A stretch of 64,000 nucleotides of DNA, taken from the NCBI GenBank assembly GCA_002189035.1, contig CM007989.1, positions 7,130,001 to 7,194,000 on the forward strand, read 5' to 3'. The first letter of the stretch is position 1. Each line of letters opens with the position of its first letter. The notes under the pieces were generated by a model. The model saw only the letters and a program-made list of their open reading frames with translations. It made no database searches and was not told the origin of the DNA. Both the position numbers and the translations under genes were made by a program. Below, one piece after another: positions 1 to 13,832 of this stretch. Source of the stretch: Utricularia gibba. Its lineage: Eukaryota > Plantae > Magnoliophyta.

Positions 1-3000
1 GCCCTCATCCTGCGCGACAGTTGTGCATTACGGTGCTGTATCTTGTTTTGTATCACGACTGCTGACTATTGAATACATGGACTTAGCTGAACAGGTGAAT
101 GTATTAGTTTCTTCTCGCACTGGGGGGCGAAATATTAAGGCTTTTGTGTGCCTTTTCTAGTCCTTTTAGGGTTATTAACGTGATGTCTGTATGTTATCTG
201 GATATAGGAATTTCATCACTGTCATTCTAATCTGTAATGATGGTAATTTTACAGTCCTTGCAAGCTTTGAAAAAGATATCCCAGGAACACCCGACTGATT
301 GCCTGCAGGCAGGTGCACTCATGGCTGTGCTTTCTTATCTCGACTTCTTTTCCACTGGAGTCCAAGTAAGAATTTTTTTCGTTTGTTTTATATGGTTGAT
401 GTTATCCACGTGGTCATCTTCATTCATTGCTTGAGATTCTTTCTCATTAACATGTTTAAAACTCTTTTGTAGAGGGTGGCCTTGGCAACCGCTGCTAACA
501 TGTGCAAGAAGCTCCCATCTAATGCTGCTGATTTTGTGATGGCAGCAGTTCCACTGCTGACAAACTTGCTTCAGTATCATGATGCCAAGGTTAGATAGGT
601 TATCACAGAGATCATAATAACCATCCCCGTCAATCCATATGCAAATTATCAGCCTTTTGTTGACTCTTCTTTTTTCAGGTTGTAGAATCTGCATCTATTT
701 GCTTGACTCGAATTGCTGAGGCTTTTGCTTCATCACCCGAAAAACTTGATAAACTGTGCAACCATGGAGTAGTGACTCAAGCAGCAACTTTGATTTCCTC
801 GAAAACTTCTGGTGGTGGTCAGACTTCCTTTAGCGCATCTACATATACAGTAAGAGAATACTATTTGGTAGTGCTTGTTTGTTCCCCCTTCTAACTCCTG
901 CTTTTTATTTATGACTTTTATCAGGGATTGATTCAACTTCTTTCAACTTGTGCCCGTGGTTCTCCTCTAGGAGCAAAGTCATTACTCCTCCTTGGTATCA
1001 GTGGAATTCTTAAAGACATTTTGTCAGGTTCGGACGTGATGTCAAGCATGTCCTTTTCACCTGCTTTGAGTAGGCCACTGGAGCAGGTATCAGTAAACCT
1101 TCTAATATGAACGGTATTCATTTGAAACATTTTTATGGATATTAGATATCAGTCTTGATCTGCATTTATAATATTTCATTCCTCTCTGCGTCAGATTTTT
1201 GAGATCGTCAACCTGGCAAATGAGCTTCTTCCGCCACTCCCATTAGGAACTGTGTCTCTTCCAGTAAGCAGTTTCTTTCAAAGTAGAGACCCTCTGGGTA
1301 GGAAAAGCCACACAAGCAGCTCATACAAACAGGAGGGTTCCAGTGCGAATCCACAAGAGGCTTCAACACGCGTTAAAATCTTAACTGATCAGCCTGAATT
1401 TCTTGAACAATTTGGAGTGGATCTTCTTCCTGTTATGGTTCAGGCGAGTTGCTTTCTCAGCTCTGGTGTTGAGATAAGTTATTTGCTCAAGTGCTTATTT
1501 TGTGTTGGCAGATTTATGGTTCCAGCGTGAATAGTCGTGTACGCCACATGTGTCTTTCTGTTATAGGAAAGCTTATGTACTTCAGCCCTCCAGAAACAAT
1601 AAAGTCTCTGCTAAATGTAACAAACATTTCGAGGTACATGCTTCTTTTCCATGACACTGCTTGTTGCGTACTTTGGATCCGTGTCTGTGAGTTGTGATTC
1701 ATGCACTCGCTTTTTAGTTTCTTAGCAGGAGTTTTAGCTTGGAAAGACCCTCAAGTCCTGGTGCCTGCACTCCAGATATCTGGGATTTTGATGGAAAAGC
1801 TACCCGATACCTTTTCAGTGATGTTTGTAAGGGAAGGTGTTGTTCATGCTGTTGATGCATTGATCATGTCCGGATCGTCCAGCACTTGTCAATCATCTGG
1901 TGTTGACAAGGATAATGATTCCATTCCTGGGTCATCACCCCAGACTAGACGAAGTCGGCGTAGAGGCACCACTGGTAATCTTGATTCAGGTTCAGCTGAA
2001 AACCCTAAAAATCCAAGGGCAAACGCAGACGCACAATCAAATTCCGTTGAGGTTCTGCCATCCAGTGCTGGTATTCGTGCCACAGTTAGTGCATGTGCAC
2101 AAGCCTTTAAAGAGAAATATTTCCCGTCAGATCGTGTGGCCGTTGAATCTGGTGCTTCAGATGATTTAGTTCGTTTAAAGAGTCTCTCTAATAAGCTGAT
2201 TTCTAGTATTGAGGAACCCAAGGCCAAGTCAAAGGGGAAGTCCAAAGCATTTGGCTCTAAGCATTCTGATGTTTCTACTAGTAAAGAGGACAACTTGATT
2301 GAGGTCATAAGTGAGATTTTCAGGGAGATTAGCAAGGGAGAAGGGGTGTCAATTTTCGAGTTCATTGGTAGTGGTGTTGTTGATGCATTGCTCAACTACT
2401 TAACTTTTGGCTTATTCACTAAAGAAAAAATATCTGAGGCCAATCTACCGAAGTTGAGACAGCAAGCAGTCAGAAGATATCAATCTTTTATTTCAATTTC
2501 CCTTCCTTCCAGTGTTGATGAGGAGAATGCAGAAGTACCCATGAGTATTCTAGTGCAGAAACTCCAGAGTGCATTGTCCTCTCTGGAGCGGTTTCCTGTG
2601 CTTTTGAATCATGTTTCTCGATCTGGAGGGACTTCCAGTCTTTCTTCTGGTCTGAGTGGTGTTCCTCTACCAGTAAAAGTACGCCTTTGCCGATCTCAGG
2701 GTGAAAAATCCCTTCGTGATTACTCTTCAAACATTATTCTGATCGATCCATTAGCCAGTTTAGCTGCTGTTGAAGACTTTCTCTGGCCTAGGGTTCATCG
2801 TAGTGATTCTAGCCAAAAGCCTCCAGTATCTGCTGGAAATCCTGATACAGTGATCAGCCCTGCGAAGACTAGTGTTTCTTCACCATCGGCTTCAGCAACT
2901 GTTTGTGCTACTCGGCGTCATTCAGCACGATTAAGAGCATCTGTTAATGCAGATGATGCCAGCACGAAAGACTCACAAACTGAACAGCAGTTAAGCTCGT

Positions 3001-6000
3001 CAAAGGGCAAGGGAAAAGCAGTGATGAAGCCCAGTCAAGAAGAGCCAAGGGGTCCTCAAACTAGAAATACTGCAAGAAGAATAGCAGCTTTGGACAAAGA
3101 AAATGATGTGAAGGCAGAAGAAGAGGACACCAGTTCCGAGGTTTGTGTTGTACAGGCCACAGATTAATACCCATTATGCTTTAGGATCAATTCGTGTTTC
3201 CAGAAAGAATCAGTTTTTCTATTCACTTAGGCAGCTGAGCCTTCTTCTGTAGGAATTTGAATAAAAAATATTATATGCCTCAGACGATTTCTGTACAATC
3301 CTACCACCTTAGTTCCACCTTGCTCATTTTCTATTTCTTCGCATATGATCCTGGAATAGGAGTCTTTTTTGTCACCTTGAACGCTTAATGTTATTATTGT
3401 GCCAATCACAGGGGGATGAACTGGATATGTCACCAGTTGAAATTGATGAGGCTTTAGTAATTGAAGAAGATGATGACCTCTCAGATGAGGATGAGGATGA
3501 GGATGAAGATGATGAAGATGATGATGATGATGAAGTGGATGGAGAAGAGCATGATGAAGATGATGCTGATGATGTAAGTTAAAATTCTTGAGTAGATAGG
3601 TAAAATGATCTTCAGTGTTTTCAGTGTAAACTTTTCTATCCTTTTCCACCTTCAAATGTAGCTATAAGGAAAGCATAGAGTTTCTGCATGATATGGCGTT
3701 TGTCTCTGTGTGAATCTGCTAGCATGTCGGTTTTGCTGTTTGGTTTCATAAGAGCAGGATTGCAACAGAACACACCTTTTTGAAAAAAAAAAAATTAAGT
3801 ATTTCAAAATTTCCAGTCGTGTTGCAAATTCTTTATTGTACAGCATGTATTTTCATACATTCATGTTCTTCTCTATTGCCTTGCAGAGTCCCGCATGCCC
3901 GTTTCTTCTATTCTTCTGAGTAGTTATTTGCCACTAAGTCGTTCTTGAGTTTATTATCATGTTCCTTAGCAGGTTTTGGGTGACTACACACGTTCCACTC
4001 ACATGACAGACATTGTTCATGATGTTAAATTTGGGGACCACGTGGATGAAACTTCAGCAGTTGCCCCAGAAAATGGCCAGAGTATTGCAGCACATAGTTC
4101 CAGTGTCAGAGGTGCCACTGAGTTTCAAAGTGGCAGTCGATTTGGTTCAAGGGGTGCAATGTCCTTTGCTGCTGCAGCCATGGCTGGTCTTTCATTTGGC
4201 AATAACAGAGGTGTAAGAGGAGGCAGAGACTATCGAGGACGCCCCTTAATTGCCACTGATTCACCAAGGCTCATATTTACTGCTGGAGGCAGGCCACTTC
4301 ACAGACATATGACTATTTATCAGGCAATTGAACGCCAGCTTGTTTTGAATGAGGATGATGATGATAGATGTATGGGCAGTGATTTTGTGTCCAGTGATGG
4401 AAGCAGGCTGTGGAGTGATGTTTATACTATAACATATCAAAGAGCGGATGGTCCTGCCGAGAGGCCATCACTTGGAGCTATAAGCTCGCCCACTTCTTCA
4501 AAGGGGCTAAAGGCATGTTCCCCTAGTTCTGCCTCTGATAAACCAGGGCAGCACATGTCACTGCTGGATAGCATTTTGCATGGTGAACTTCCTTGTGATC
4601 TGGATAGAAGCAATCCCATCTACAACATCCTAGCACTATTACGTGCATTAGAGGGGTTAAATCAGCTTGCACCACGATTGCGGGTATTGCAAACGGTTGA
4701 TAATTTTGCCAAGAGCAAAGTTCCAAAGCTAGATATTCATGGTGTTGCTGGTGTTAGAGTTCCTCCAGGAGATTTCATTAATGGAAAACTTACTTCAAAA
4801 TTGGTTCGGCAGATGCAGGATCCTCTTGCAGTGTGCAGTGGCTGTCTTCCATCCTGGTGTTACCAGTTGATGAAAGCCTGTCCTTTCTTGTTTCCCTTTG
4901 AAACCCGTCGCCAGTATTTCTATTCCACTGTCTTCAAGTTTTCTGGTGCTTTGAATCGGCTTCACCAGCAGCAAGTTGCTGGTGGACATGGATTGACGAG
5001 CGATAGGCATTTTAGAATTGGGAGAATGCAGCGTCAGAAAGTTCGTGTTTCCAGGAATAGAATATTAGAATCTGCAATGAAGGTTATGGAAATGTACGCT
5101 ACTCAAAAAGCTGTGCTTGAAGTCGAATATTTTGGGGAGGTTGGTACAGGACTTGGACCAACTCTTGAGTTTTACACTCTTTTAAGTCATGAGCTTCAGA
5201 AAGTTGGATTATGCATGTGGAGGTTGACGTCACAAACAGTTGCACCTTCCATGGAAGTTGACGTAGATGGGCAACAGTCGGGCAGTGTTTCAGTGCCTGG
5301 GACTGATCAAGATATTATTCATGCACCTCTGGGTTTGTTTCCTCGCCCTTGGCCTCCAAATGCTGATACTTCTGATGGAAGTAAATTTTCAAAAGTTCTT
5401 GAGTATCACCGTCTGCTGGGTCGTGTTATGGCTAAAGCCCTGCAAGATGGTCGGCTCCTTGACCTGACATTGTCTACGGCCTTTTATAGGTTGATCCTTG
5501 GTCAAGTAAGTATTTTAGTTACTATTTGATTGAATAGAATATATTAGGTACCCATGCAGCAGATATTGATGGGGATTTGGCAGGAACTGGATTTTCATGA
5601 TATAGCTTCCTTTGACTTGGAACTATGGACTGCCTTGCAAGAGATGCAGGCGCTTGTGCATCGAAAAGAATATTTGGTTTCCTCTGGAGGTTCTAATTTA
5701 GAGGAGTTGTGCTACCGGGGAACTGCAGTTGAAGACCTTTATTTAGATTTCTCGCTTCCAGGGTACCCTGATTACATTTTGAAGCCAGATAGTGAAAATG
5801 TATGCATTCTTTCTCATTTTTGTATCATGCAGTGAAACTGAGTTACTAATGTTCGCACTTGATCATGCTTGTAGGTTGATCTGAATAATCTGGGTGATTA
5901 TGTTTCACGTGTTGTTGATGCGACAGTTGGGGCAGGCATTATGCGGCAAATAGAGGCATTTAGATCTGGTTTTAATCAGGTTTGAGTTTGTTGATTTTCC

Positions 6001-6845
6001 TTCGTTGGTGTAAATGGCCTTCATTGCTGCTGGTCTGTTAAACAAAGAAATAAATAATCCTAGGTTTTTGACATATCAAATCTGCAAATATTTTCGCCAA
6101 CCGAGCTGGACTACCTGCTTTGTGGGCATAGAGAGCTTTGGAAGGTAATTAAATGATCTTTTCATATTGTGTTTAGAAGACGGATTTGTCCGAGCTAGGT
6201 TTTTTACCCTGATTACTTGACATATTTCCTAATTATAGGCTGATACGCTTGCTAATCATATAAAGTTTGACCATGGGTTCACTTCAAAGAGTCCTGCTAT
6301 TATCAATGTGAGTGATCTTTCTCTTACATTTGGATATGCATAGTCCGTCAACTGAGTGAATGATTTTTCTTCTTTTAGCTTTTGGAGATTCTGGAAGAAT
6401 TCACACCCGAGCAGCAACAAGCATTCTGCCAGTTTGTTACTGGAGCTCCTCGGCTTCCACCAGGTGGCCTGGCTATGTTGAATCCCAAGCTGACAATCGT
6501 TAGGAAGGTTTGTTTGTGGTATACTGTTTTTCAAATGCTCTGATCCACTCTCTTGAGTACTCCTATTATCACTGTCTTGCAACAGCATTCTTCAAGCACG
6601 GGAAGCACTGGCCACAACGGTTCTGCTGCACTGGAATCTGCTGATGAAGACTTACCTAGTGTTATGACATGCGCAAATTACTTAAAGCTCCCTCCATATT
6701 CAACTAAGGTGGTGTATATGCCAACAAACTGTACATGAGTCCCATGTTTGTGGCATACTGAATTGCGTTCTCTTTTCAGGAAATCATGTACAAGAAACTG
6801 CTTTATGCCATCCACGAAGGACAAGGTTCCTTTGATCTGTCATGA
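1..6845 (+). CDS. UPL3: HECT E3 ubiquitin ligase, UPL3/KAKTUS-like (ARM repeats + HECT); 5' end lies outside the window
   Basis: Exons traced by hand, all in frame: <1-94, 255-365, 473-589, 679-849, 925-1086, 1195-1443, 1512-1633, 1718-3140, 3412-3573, 3973-5505, 5584-5799, 5875-5979, 6064-6144, 6239-6307, 6379-6507, 6586-6708, 6780-6845 (TGA). Motifs: [35 protein letters not shown], and catalytic [17 protein letters not shown]. Confidence 0.95.
3460..3573 (+). repeat. GAT/GAA/GAG-rich low-complexity tract encoding a poly-Asp/Glu linker in UPL3
   Basis: Encodes [37 protein letters not shown] within exon 3412-3573. Confidence 0.85.
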
Positions 6846-7388
6846 ATCCTCCCTTCACTGCTTCATTTTCAACCCTTATCTGCAAATAAGGAGACTCCTA
6901 CTTCGCTGCCTCACCAACATTAAATCGGGCCCTTGCTATTTTGCGGAAGATGGGTGCCGGTCACCAGCCCACGGCGCTTGCCATTCTCAAGCACTGGATG
7001 TATGCGTTGACTGGAATAAGAGAAATCAGATGCTTCTAGGTAACGTTGCCATCTCCATTTCTGTAGTCGGAGAGAGGAGTAGGAAGTTTTGCTTTCTGTG
7101 GAGCTGCTGGACTGTAAATAAAAGAAGTTTCTAGTCGTGCCTATACATTTATATCACTGGTACTTTCCTGTGCATATAAAAGCACTCATATTTTTCTGCA
7201 ACTTTCCTCATGATTCATATTTTTGCTTTGCTATATGTTATTTTAGTAAATGATATGAGTTATGTGACTCATAAGCGTGTGAAGTTGGGAAATTTGCTAG
7301 AAGTTTTACACTGATTTTGTTAGAAGTTTACATAAATGGTGTTGATCATCGCACGTGAAAGGAATCAGGCCTGTCTGTAAAATGCCTT

Positions 7389-7719
7389 TCATCCACGGAC
7401 AACTTGAATTGCAAGTGCTTTAGCATAGTGAAGGCAAAAGTCATCATCTTCTGCTGCAATTTGCTTCGTTCTGGCTATCTGAACTGTGCAGTGGTTCCTT
7501 CCCAGGCATTCCTCTTCCAAAACTTGATGTGCTTTCAGAGAACTGCATGGCCCTGTCTGAAAGCTTCCACATACGGCGGCTCCCTTTGCTCCGATGCTCA
7601 CCACTTCCACATTGCTGATGGCTTTTTTTTCAGGACACCCCAAGTGTGATCAATGCCTTCACAGTGGCATTGATTGAGTTGTTCTTCCTCTCCCATGTCT
7701 TGACATCAGGCGAATGAAC
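7389..7719 (-). pseudogene. Orphan, frameshifted terminal exon of a GH35 beta-galactosidase (C-terminal galactose-binding/SUEL lectin domain)
   Basis: After a TTTTAG acceptor (AG at 7721-7720) the minus strand reads VHSPDVKTWERKNNSINATVKAL. It then shifts +1 into SHLGCPEKKAISNVEVVSIGAKGAAVCGSFQTGPCSSLKAHQVLEEECLGRNHCTVQIAR...KALAIQVVRG*. The Cys pattern matches plant BGAL C-terminal lectin domains as recalled. No upstream exons were found in 7740-8450. Confidence 0.7.
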
Positions 7720-8493
7720 CTAAAATTATATGACTGCTTAATATAATTGGGGTGTTTAATAAAATAAAATCCAAAAAAAAAGCAGTTCATGGCAAATCAA
7801 ACAACTCATGCCAAATCAAAGAGTGAAAAGTAGAGTTTACCATCATCAAATCACTCATCCCAAACTAAATTGGGAGTTTAGATGTATAAAAACAACAATT
7901 ATAGCTTCGTATGATCCAAGATGCCCCTTTAATAGACATTACAAACTATACCCAATATGCTTAATGTTTCTCATAGTAAAAATTGGGGGTGCATAATGAA
8001 CATGAAACGTATGTAGATGTGAGGCGATCAAAGTTAAAATGATTTGATGTGAAATGTAATTTTTCAAATTTGAGTATGGCAAATAAAAACAAGAAATATA
8101 ATAATCATGATATGTAATTTTTTCAAAGAATTACAATTAACAGTTTTGAATCACGATTTTTCTTTTTCTTTTTTTTTTACTGTACAACATTTCACTACAT
8201 AGTAGCAACTAAATGTAATTATGTTAAAATAAAATATTTTTGAAATTTCTTCAAAATTTATGTTTTTTTAATCAAGTCATAAATACGAATTTGTTTTCCA
8301 AAATTCGAATACTGGATAAAATACCATTATTATAAAAAAAAATATTTATGAATACCTAAAATTTATCTGTAAAATAACAATATTGTGGTCATGAGTTTTG
8401 AAGATAGTAGTGTAATTTTAGGTGAAAGTGCATTCTAACTGCCAATAAAAATAAAGAAACGGAAAATATGGCCCTCGGATCTGTATCCGATCA

Positions 8494-11056
8494 ATGGCAC
8501 CGCCGAACGACGAAAAGGCGGCTGAGGAATTCGGCGGCAGTTCGATTCTTGAACGCTCTATCTCCAAGATTCTGATATTGATCGGTACTCCAAATTCTTT
8601 CTTGAATTGAAAAGAAGAAAAATCGGATTGGCTGTGAGATCATTTTTTTTTTTGAATTGTATTGTTATGTGAATGCTTGATTCTCATGTTTTTCGAATTT
8701 GAAGCTGTATGTTTATTTGTTTATTATTGTTATTTCTATCTAGCTTTGGAAGCAGAGGCATTACCTCTAGTGGAGAGATTCCAGCTTTCTCGGGAGCATG
8801 ACTTCGTGTATGATAAGTCGTACTCTATCGCATATTCATTCCATCTCTTCTCTGGATTGTGAGGGAGAATTCGCTTTGAACTAGGAGGAGTGTTGTATGG
8901 TCATACTTTTAGAAATGTTGCTAGAGTGTTACAGTTCTGAAATCGATCACATTGAGAAACTGAAGTGGTAATACCAGGTTTGTATGAGAGTGAGAATATA
9001 AGTAATTTGCTTTTTTCAACATTTTCTATGTCGTCTGCTATCAGAACTATAAGTTCATGGAAATCATAGTTGCTTGCTTTTGGTGGAATATGTCGAATAT
9101 TATCTTTTTTTTTCCTATTCAACATCTGATGTACTGTTGAACTCATGACACAGGTTTCCACATGGTGTCCCTTGGGTTAGGTACCATGGAGGTTACAAGG
9201 ATTTGAACATCAATATTGTTTGTCCAGGGAAAGACGGCAAATTAGGTTTTTACTCTCTAATTATTGCTCAATGGATAATTTTAATTTAGAACTTCTAATA
9301 GTGTGAGAGCGTGCTTCTCTGATGATAATAAAATTGTTTGCACTTCACTTGGTAAACAGTGGAAACGTGTATCATCTTCTCATTCTGTCATGGAGCTGCT
9401 CATTTAACGATAGGAATTTATAGAGAGTAACGTATTCCGGATTGCACATTGACTAAAATCTGATTTTCTTATCCATGTTTTCAAATTTGCTTGAAATTGC
9501 TGAGCCTTTTCTTAGAAAAATTTCTTATGAAACAAGCTCAATGTATTTCTAATATGAAGCTACAATCGCTAGTTATCGATTTTCAGGGGTCGACAGTGTT
9601 GGCACAGTGTCAGCAGCTCTTCTGACTTATGCTTCTATTCAAACATTTAAACCGGATATTATTATAAATGCTGGAACTGCTGGTGGATTCAAGGTTATTC
9701 AATAATTTACTCTTCATGAAACTTCTGCAACCCAAGTTTTTTTTTCTTTCGTGTGGCATCCAGTGACTACTTGAACCATCTATCTTTGCTATAATATTCC
9801 TGTTTATTTTGATTCAAACCTTTTATCTTTTCTTTCATGAAATATTCATGTTTACGATGTTGTCACGGCTATACTTCTTTTCTTCATGTTTGATGTGCTC
9901 TATAGCATTTTCTCTTTTATTTTTGTTTTCCACATCTCAGGCTAAAGATGCTTCAGTTGGCGATGTATTTCTTGTTTCAGATATTGCGTTCCATGATAGA
10001 AGAATACCTATTCCTGTGAGTACACACTATTATTTATAGCATGTACTTTGATTCCTATGATTACACTTTTATTGTTCATTGAATGTTGGATTTTCTGGAT
10101 TGCATAGATCAATGCGGAAATCTATAAAAGAATCGGAATTCGACAAATGCTATAATGTGAAATGGTGCAAAGAAAAATCGTTGTCCTGAAATCTCTGCCT
10201 TTCTCATTATTTTTCCAATGTGATACGCAGTCCTCGTGTAACAATATCTTTGCTCTGAAAGTTGCATGTTTGTTTCTTTCCATTGGAAAACCTTAGTTTC
10301 TACATGATGCATAACAATATGTACACAGTCCAGCAAAAAAAAAAAGGGTAGTTACTATAGGCAGTAAATATTGTAAAGGCGAACTGTGCTCCTTTTATCC
10401 TCTTCTAGATTTTAGCCCCCATGGATGATTCACTTGCCATTTTATTTATTGCTATTAGGTATTCGACCTCTATGGTGTTGGGTTACGGAGAGCATTCTCC
10501 ACACCTAACCTTGCGAAGGACTTGAATTTGAAGGTTGCATCTTGACCTCTTCATTCATCCTTGGACGGGCTGTGACCCAAAAGGTTCCTGGTTGTTTATG
10601 CAGGTAGGAAAACTGTCAACTGGTGATTCTTTGGACATGACTCCACAGGATGAAGCAGCAATTCTTACAAACGACGCAACAGTTAAAGACATGGAGGTAT
10701 CCTCTAACCTTGATTCAGCTTCAAAGCTTGGTTCATAATATTCACTTCTGACATTTGAACATAGTTGAAACTGAATCACTTCCAAACTATGTCTTAATAC
10801 ATTCCCAGTATTCAAGCATGTCAACACTACGACATTCCTCCTTACCTTGTGGTCTCAGGGAGCTGCCATTGCATATGTAGCTGATCTCTTTGAAGTCCCC
10901 GCAATATTTCTGAAGGCGGTGACTGACATTGTTGATGGTGACAAACCTACGGCCGAGGAGTTTCTACAAAATCTCGCAGCTGTGGCTGCAGCGCTCGATC
11001 AGGTGGTAACGCAGGTCGTCGACTACATCAACGGGAAGAGCTGTGCTGAACTTTGA
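8494..11056 (+). CDS. MTN: 5'-methylthioadenosine/S-adenosylhomocysteine nucleosidase
   Basis: Exons 8494-8584, 8744-8807, 9154-9245, 9587-9693, 9941-10015, 10459-10533, 10604-10696, 10859-11056 give 264 aa in frame. Motifs: IINAGTAGGFK, AFHDRRIPIP, KLSTGDSLD, VKDMEGAAIAYV, KAVTDIVDG. Confidence 0.95.
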
Positions 11057-11857
11057 TCACTTAACACAACCAGGAGACTGCAAGCTCCACATCTACTGTT
11101 CTCATTCTTCACACAGCCATCGGTATAAATCCTTTGCTGACAAATTGGCTATTAAACTGCATACAGGTTACTTCAAGTTTGTATGCGAACTGCCATGTCC
11201 AAATGCATGCTTTCCATTGAATACAGGATCCTTGTCTCACACAGCTTGTCTAATGCTCTTCTGATACAGATTTGCACACTTTTGGTGGCCTTATGCAGAA
11301 GCAGTTTAGAAAGTATTTGATGCTGATTTTGAAATTGAAAATGTGATTTTCTATTTAAAACAAAAATCTATTTTTTTAAAATGTGGATCAGTTATTAGTT
11401 AACATTTTAAAATCGAGTTTTATCTATTATTGTGTATTCATAGTTTTAAATTGAATTGCATTCAATTTATTATAAAAATATTTTAAAATACAAACAATTA
11501 TTTAAATTTAATATTTTAACGTCAAATTATTAAATAAAAACTAATAAATCATAAATTTGAGTTGAATCATTGGGATTTTTAAACAATTATACTAGCTTTA
11601 GGTTTAGGGTTCTAAAATAATAGAAATCAAGCAAATAAAGAATAGTGTTTGGTGGGTGGAGACTAAAGTGGCCACGACGTGACCGTCCAATTGATCATGA
11701 TGTGAAAGCCATGACATTACTAAAGCTGTTTATTACTAAATTATTAAAATCAAATAAATTGGAGAGTTGAATAATATATATATATTCGCTTTAAAGAAGA
11801 TGGCTTTATCTGCTGAATTTTTGGAAATTGAGCAAGGTCCAATTTGACGGCCAAGCA

Positions 11858-13296
11858 ATGGAGAGGCTCGTCTGCTCCAGCTCCAAGCCTATTCCCGGGA
11901 AACTTGGCCGGTATTCAACGCGTCTTCCTCCGCCGGCGTTCTCCCGCGGCGTCGAGCTTTTCTCCTTTTCTTCTTCCTCGCTGTCTTCTTGTTCTACGGC
12001 CGCGTTTCTTCACGCAAGGAGATTCAGCTCCCTTGTGCGCTCTGCCAATGGGCCTTCGTTTCTTCCCCGGAAAGCGCTGCAGGGATGGTCTCTTGATTCG
12101 GTTGATACTGGTGATGTGTCGGACCCAAAGCTCCATCGTGTGGACCGGGTTGTACAGAATTGGTGTCTGGCGAAGAAGGTACCAGTTTTGAGAGCCTTGC
12201 GTGTTATATTTGGGGATGTGATTGGATAAAAAACGATTAATTTTGCACAAAAGTCATCCTCGATCGATGAGACCAGGTGTTTGATTGATGGGAAGAGATC
12301 TAGTCTGTATTGTTTTATGGAGTGTGTATAAATTATGTATTCGGATTGGGGACTGGAACAGTGATGATATTCTTTTCTGTTCAAGATGGGAGTTCCTGGT
12401 ATCATTGGATAATGGTGTCTAATGTGATTGACTCGTTCTTCCTTCCTGCATTTCAGGTGATCAATTGTGGGCTGGCGGCTACGTTTTTAACATTTGTTAT
12501 AACGTGTCTCCACGGAGCCATTGCGTCTCCTTCTCTGGCTGCTTTTCAGGCCACGGCAAGTGGCGGAGGGCCGAGTGCGGAGGTAGTTGCAGTTGGTCAA
12601 CGTTTCCTTAGGAGCAAGTTGGTGAGCAGTGCATGGACTGGCTTTTTTGCCGGGTGTTTGCACACGTTATCCGGCCCTGACCATCTTGCTGCATTGGCGC
12701 CACTCTCAATTGGCCGCACAAAATTAGAAAGTGCAGCAGTGGGAGCTCTGTGGGGCTGTGGCCATGATGCTGGCCAAGTTTTGTTTGGCTTAGTGTTTCT
12801 ACTTCTCAAGGATCGACTGCACATCGAGGTGATTCGCACATGGGGCTCTGTCGTAGTTGGCTTGACCCTTCTGGCGATAGGCTTCTTGGGAATCAAGGAA
12901 GCTGTAGAATCATCTGAGGTCTCATTGTCACTTGAAACCGGAGTTGGATCACATGAACCAGCCCTAGCCATCCCTGCAAAAGAGAAGAAGAAGATAGGTT
13001 TCGCCACCTTTGCAACAGGTATAGTTCATGGATTGCAGCCAGATGCTTTGATGATGATCTTGCCGGCACTGGCATTGCCATCCCGTTTAGCTGGAGCAGC
13101 GTTTCTGATAATGTTTCTTGTGGGAACCGTCTTCTCCATGGGAAGTTACACGGTTTTTATTGGATCATGTAGTCAAGCTCTCAAGGAAAGGATACCTAGG
13201 ATCACAGAGAAGCTCACTTGGGCAGCTTCAGCGGTGGCAATTGCATTAGGAGCTGCCATACTGGTAAGCCAGTATCTGGGGATCAGTTTGTACTGA
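11858..13296 (+). CDS. CGF: Chloroplast protein for growth and fertility (CGF1/2)-like; NiCoT/UreH-type membrane protein
   Basis: Exons 11858-12178 (Ser/Arg-rich, transit-peptide-like) and 12457-13296 give 386 aa. His motifs GCLHTLSGPDHLAALAPL, WGCGHDAGQ and GIVHGLQPDAL, plus several hydrophobic helices. Confidence 0.85.
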
Positions 13297-13832
13297 TCAC
13301 ATATTGAGATTCTTCTACACTATGCTTGTTCCAGTTGCGAGGGAAAGTATTTGTTATCATTTTTGGGGAAACTAAGACACTGTTTTTTACATGTTAATTC
13401 TATTTGGTTGGCCTTGTTCCATGCACTTTTCTCTTTGTTCCTTTCATGAACAATCACATAAAATACTCAGAATCAGCGAAATTGCTCACCCAAGAATATC
13501 CAAGCTGTTCTTTTACAAAACACAGTGAAGTGTACAAACTTGTCCTGGAATAACTGATTCCAGAGTACACGTTCCATTTCACAGAATGCCACAAAGGGTT
13601 GAACAACAGCAGATTCCATCAATCCGTTCAAGGAAAACAACATGCGTCTTCCCGAAACTATCAGAAAATCCTACAAATGAATAAGAGTAGTGTGTAGTAT
13701 ATAGTCACGGTGCCATGCCCCCCCCCACAAGCTTCCCTTCGCTAAAGGATCATGGTCCATATTTTTCATGGTTTATGTTGTGATCGTTCAAAGAATGATA
13801 GTGAAGATGATACCTCAGAACCCTTTTACAGT

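Noticed and set aside
3227-3655. 142-aa His-rich ORF on the minus strand
   Set aside because: It is the antisense shadow of the GAT-rich acidic exon of UPL3.
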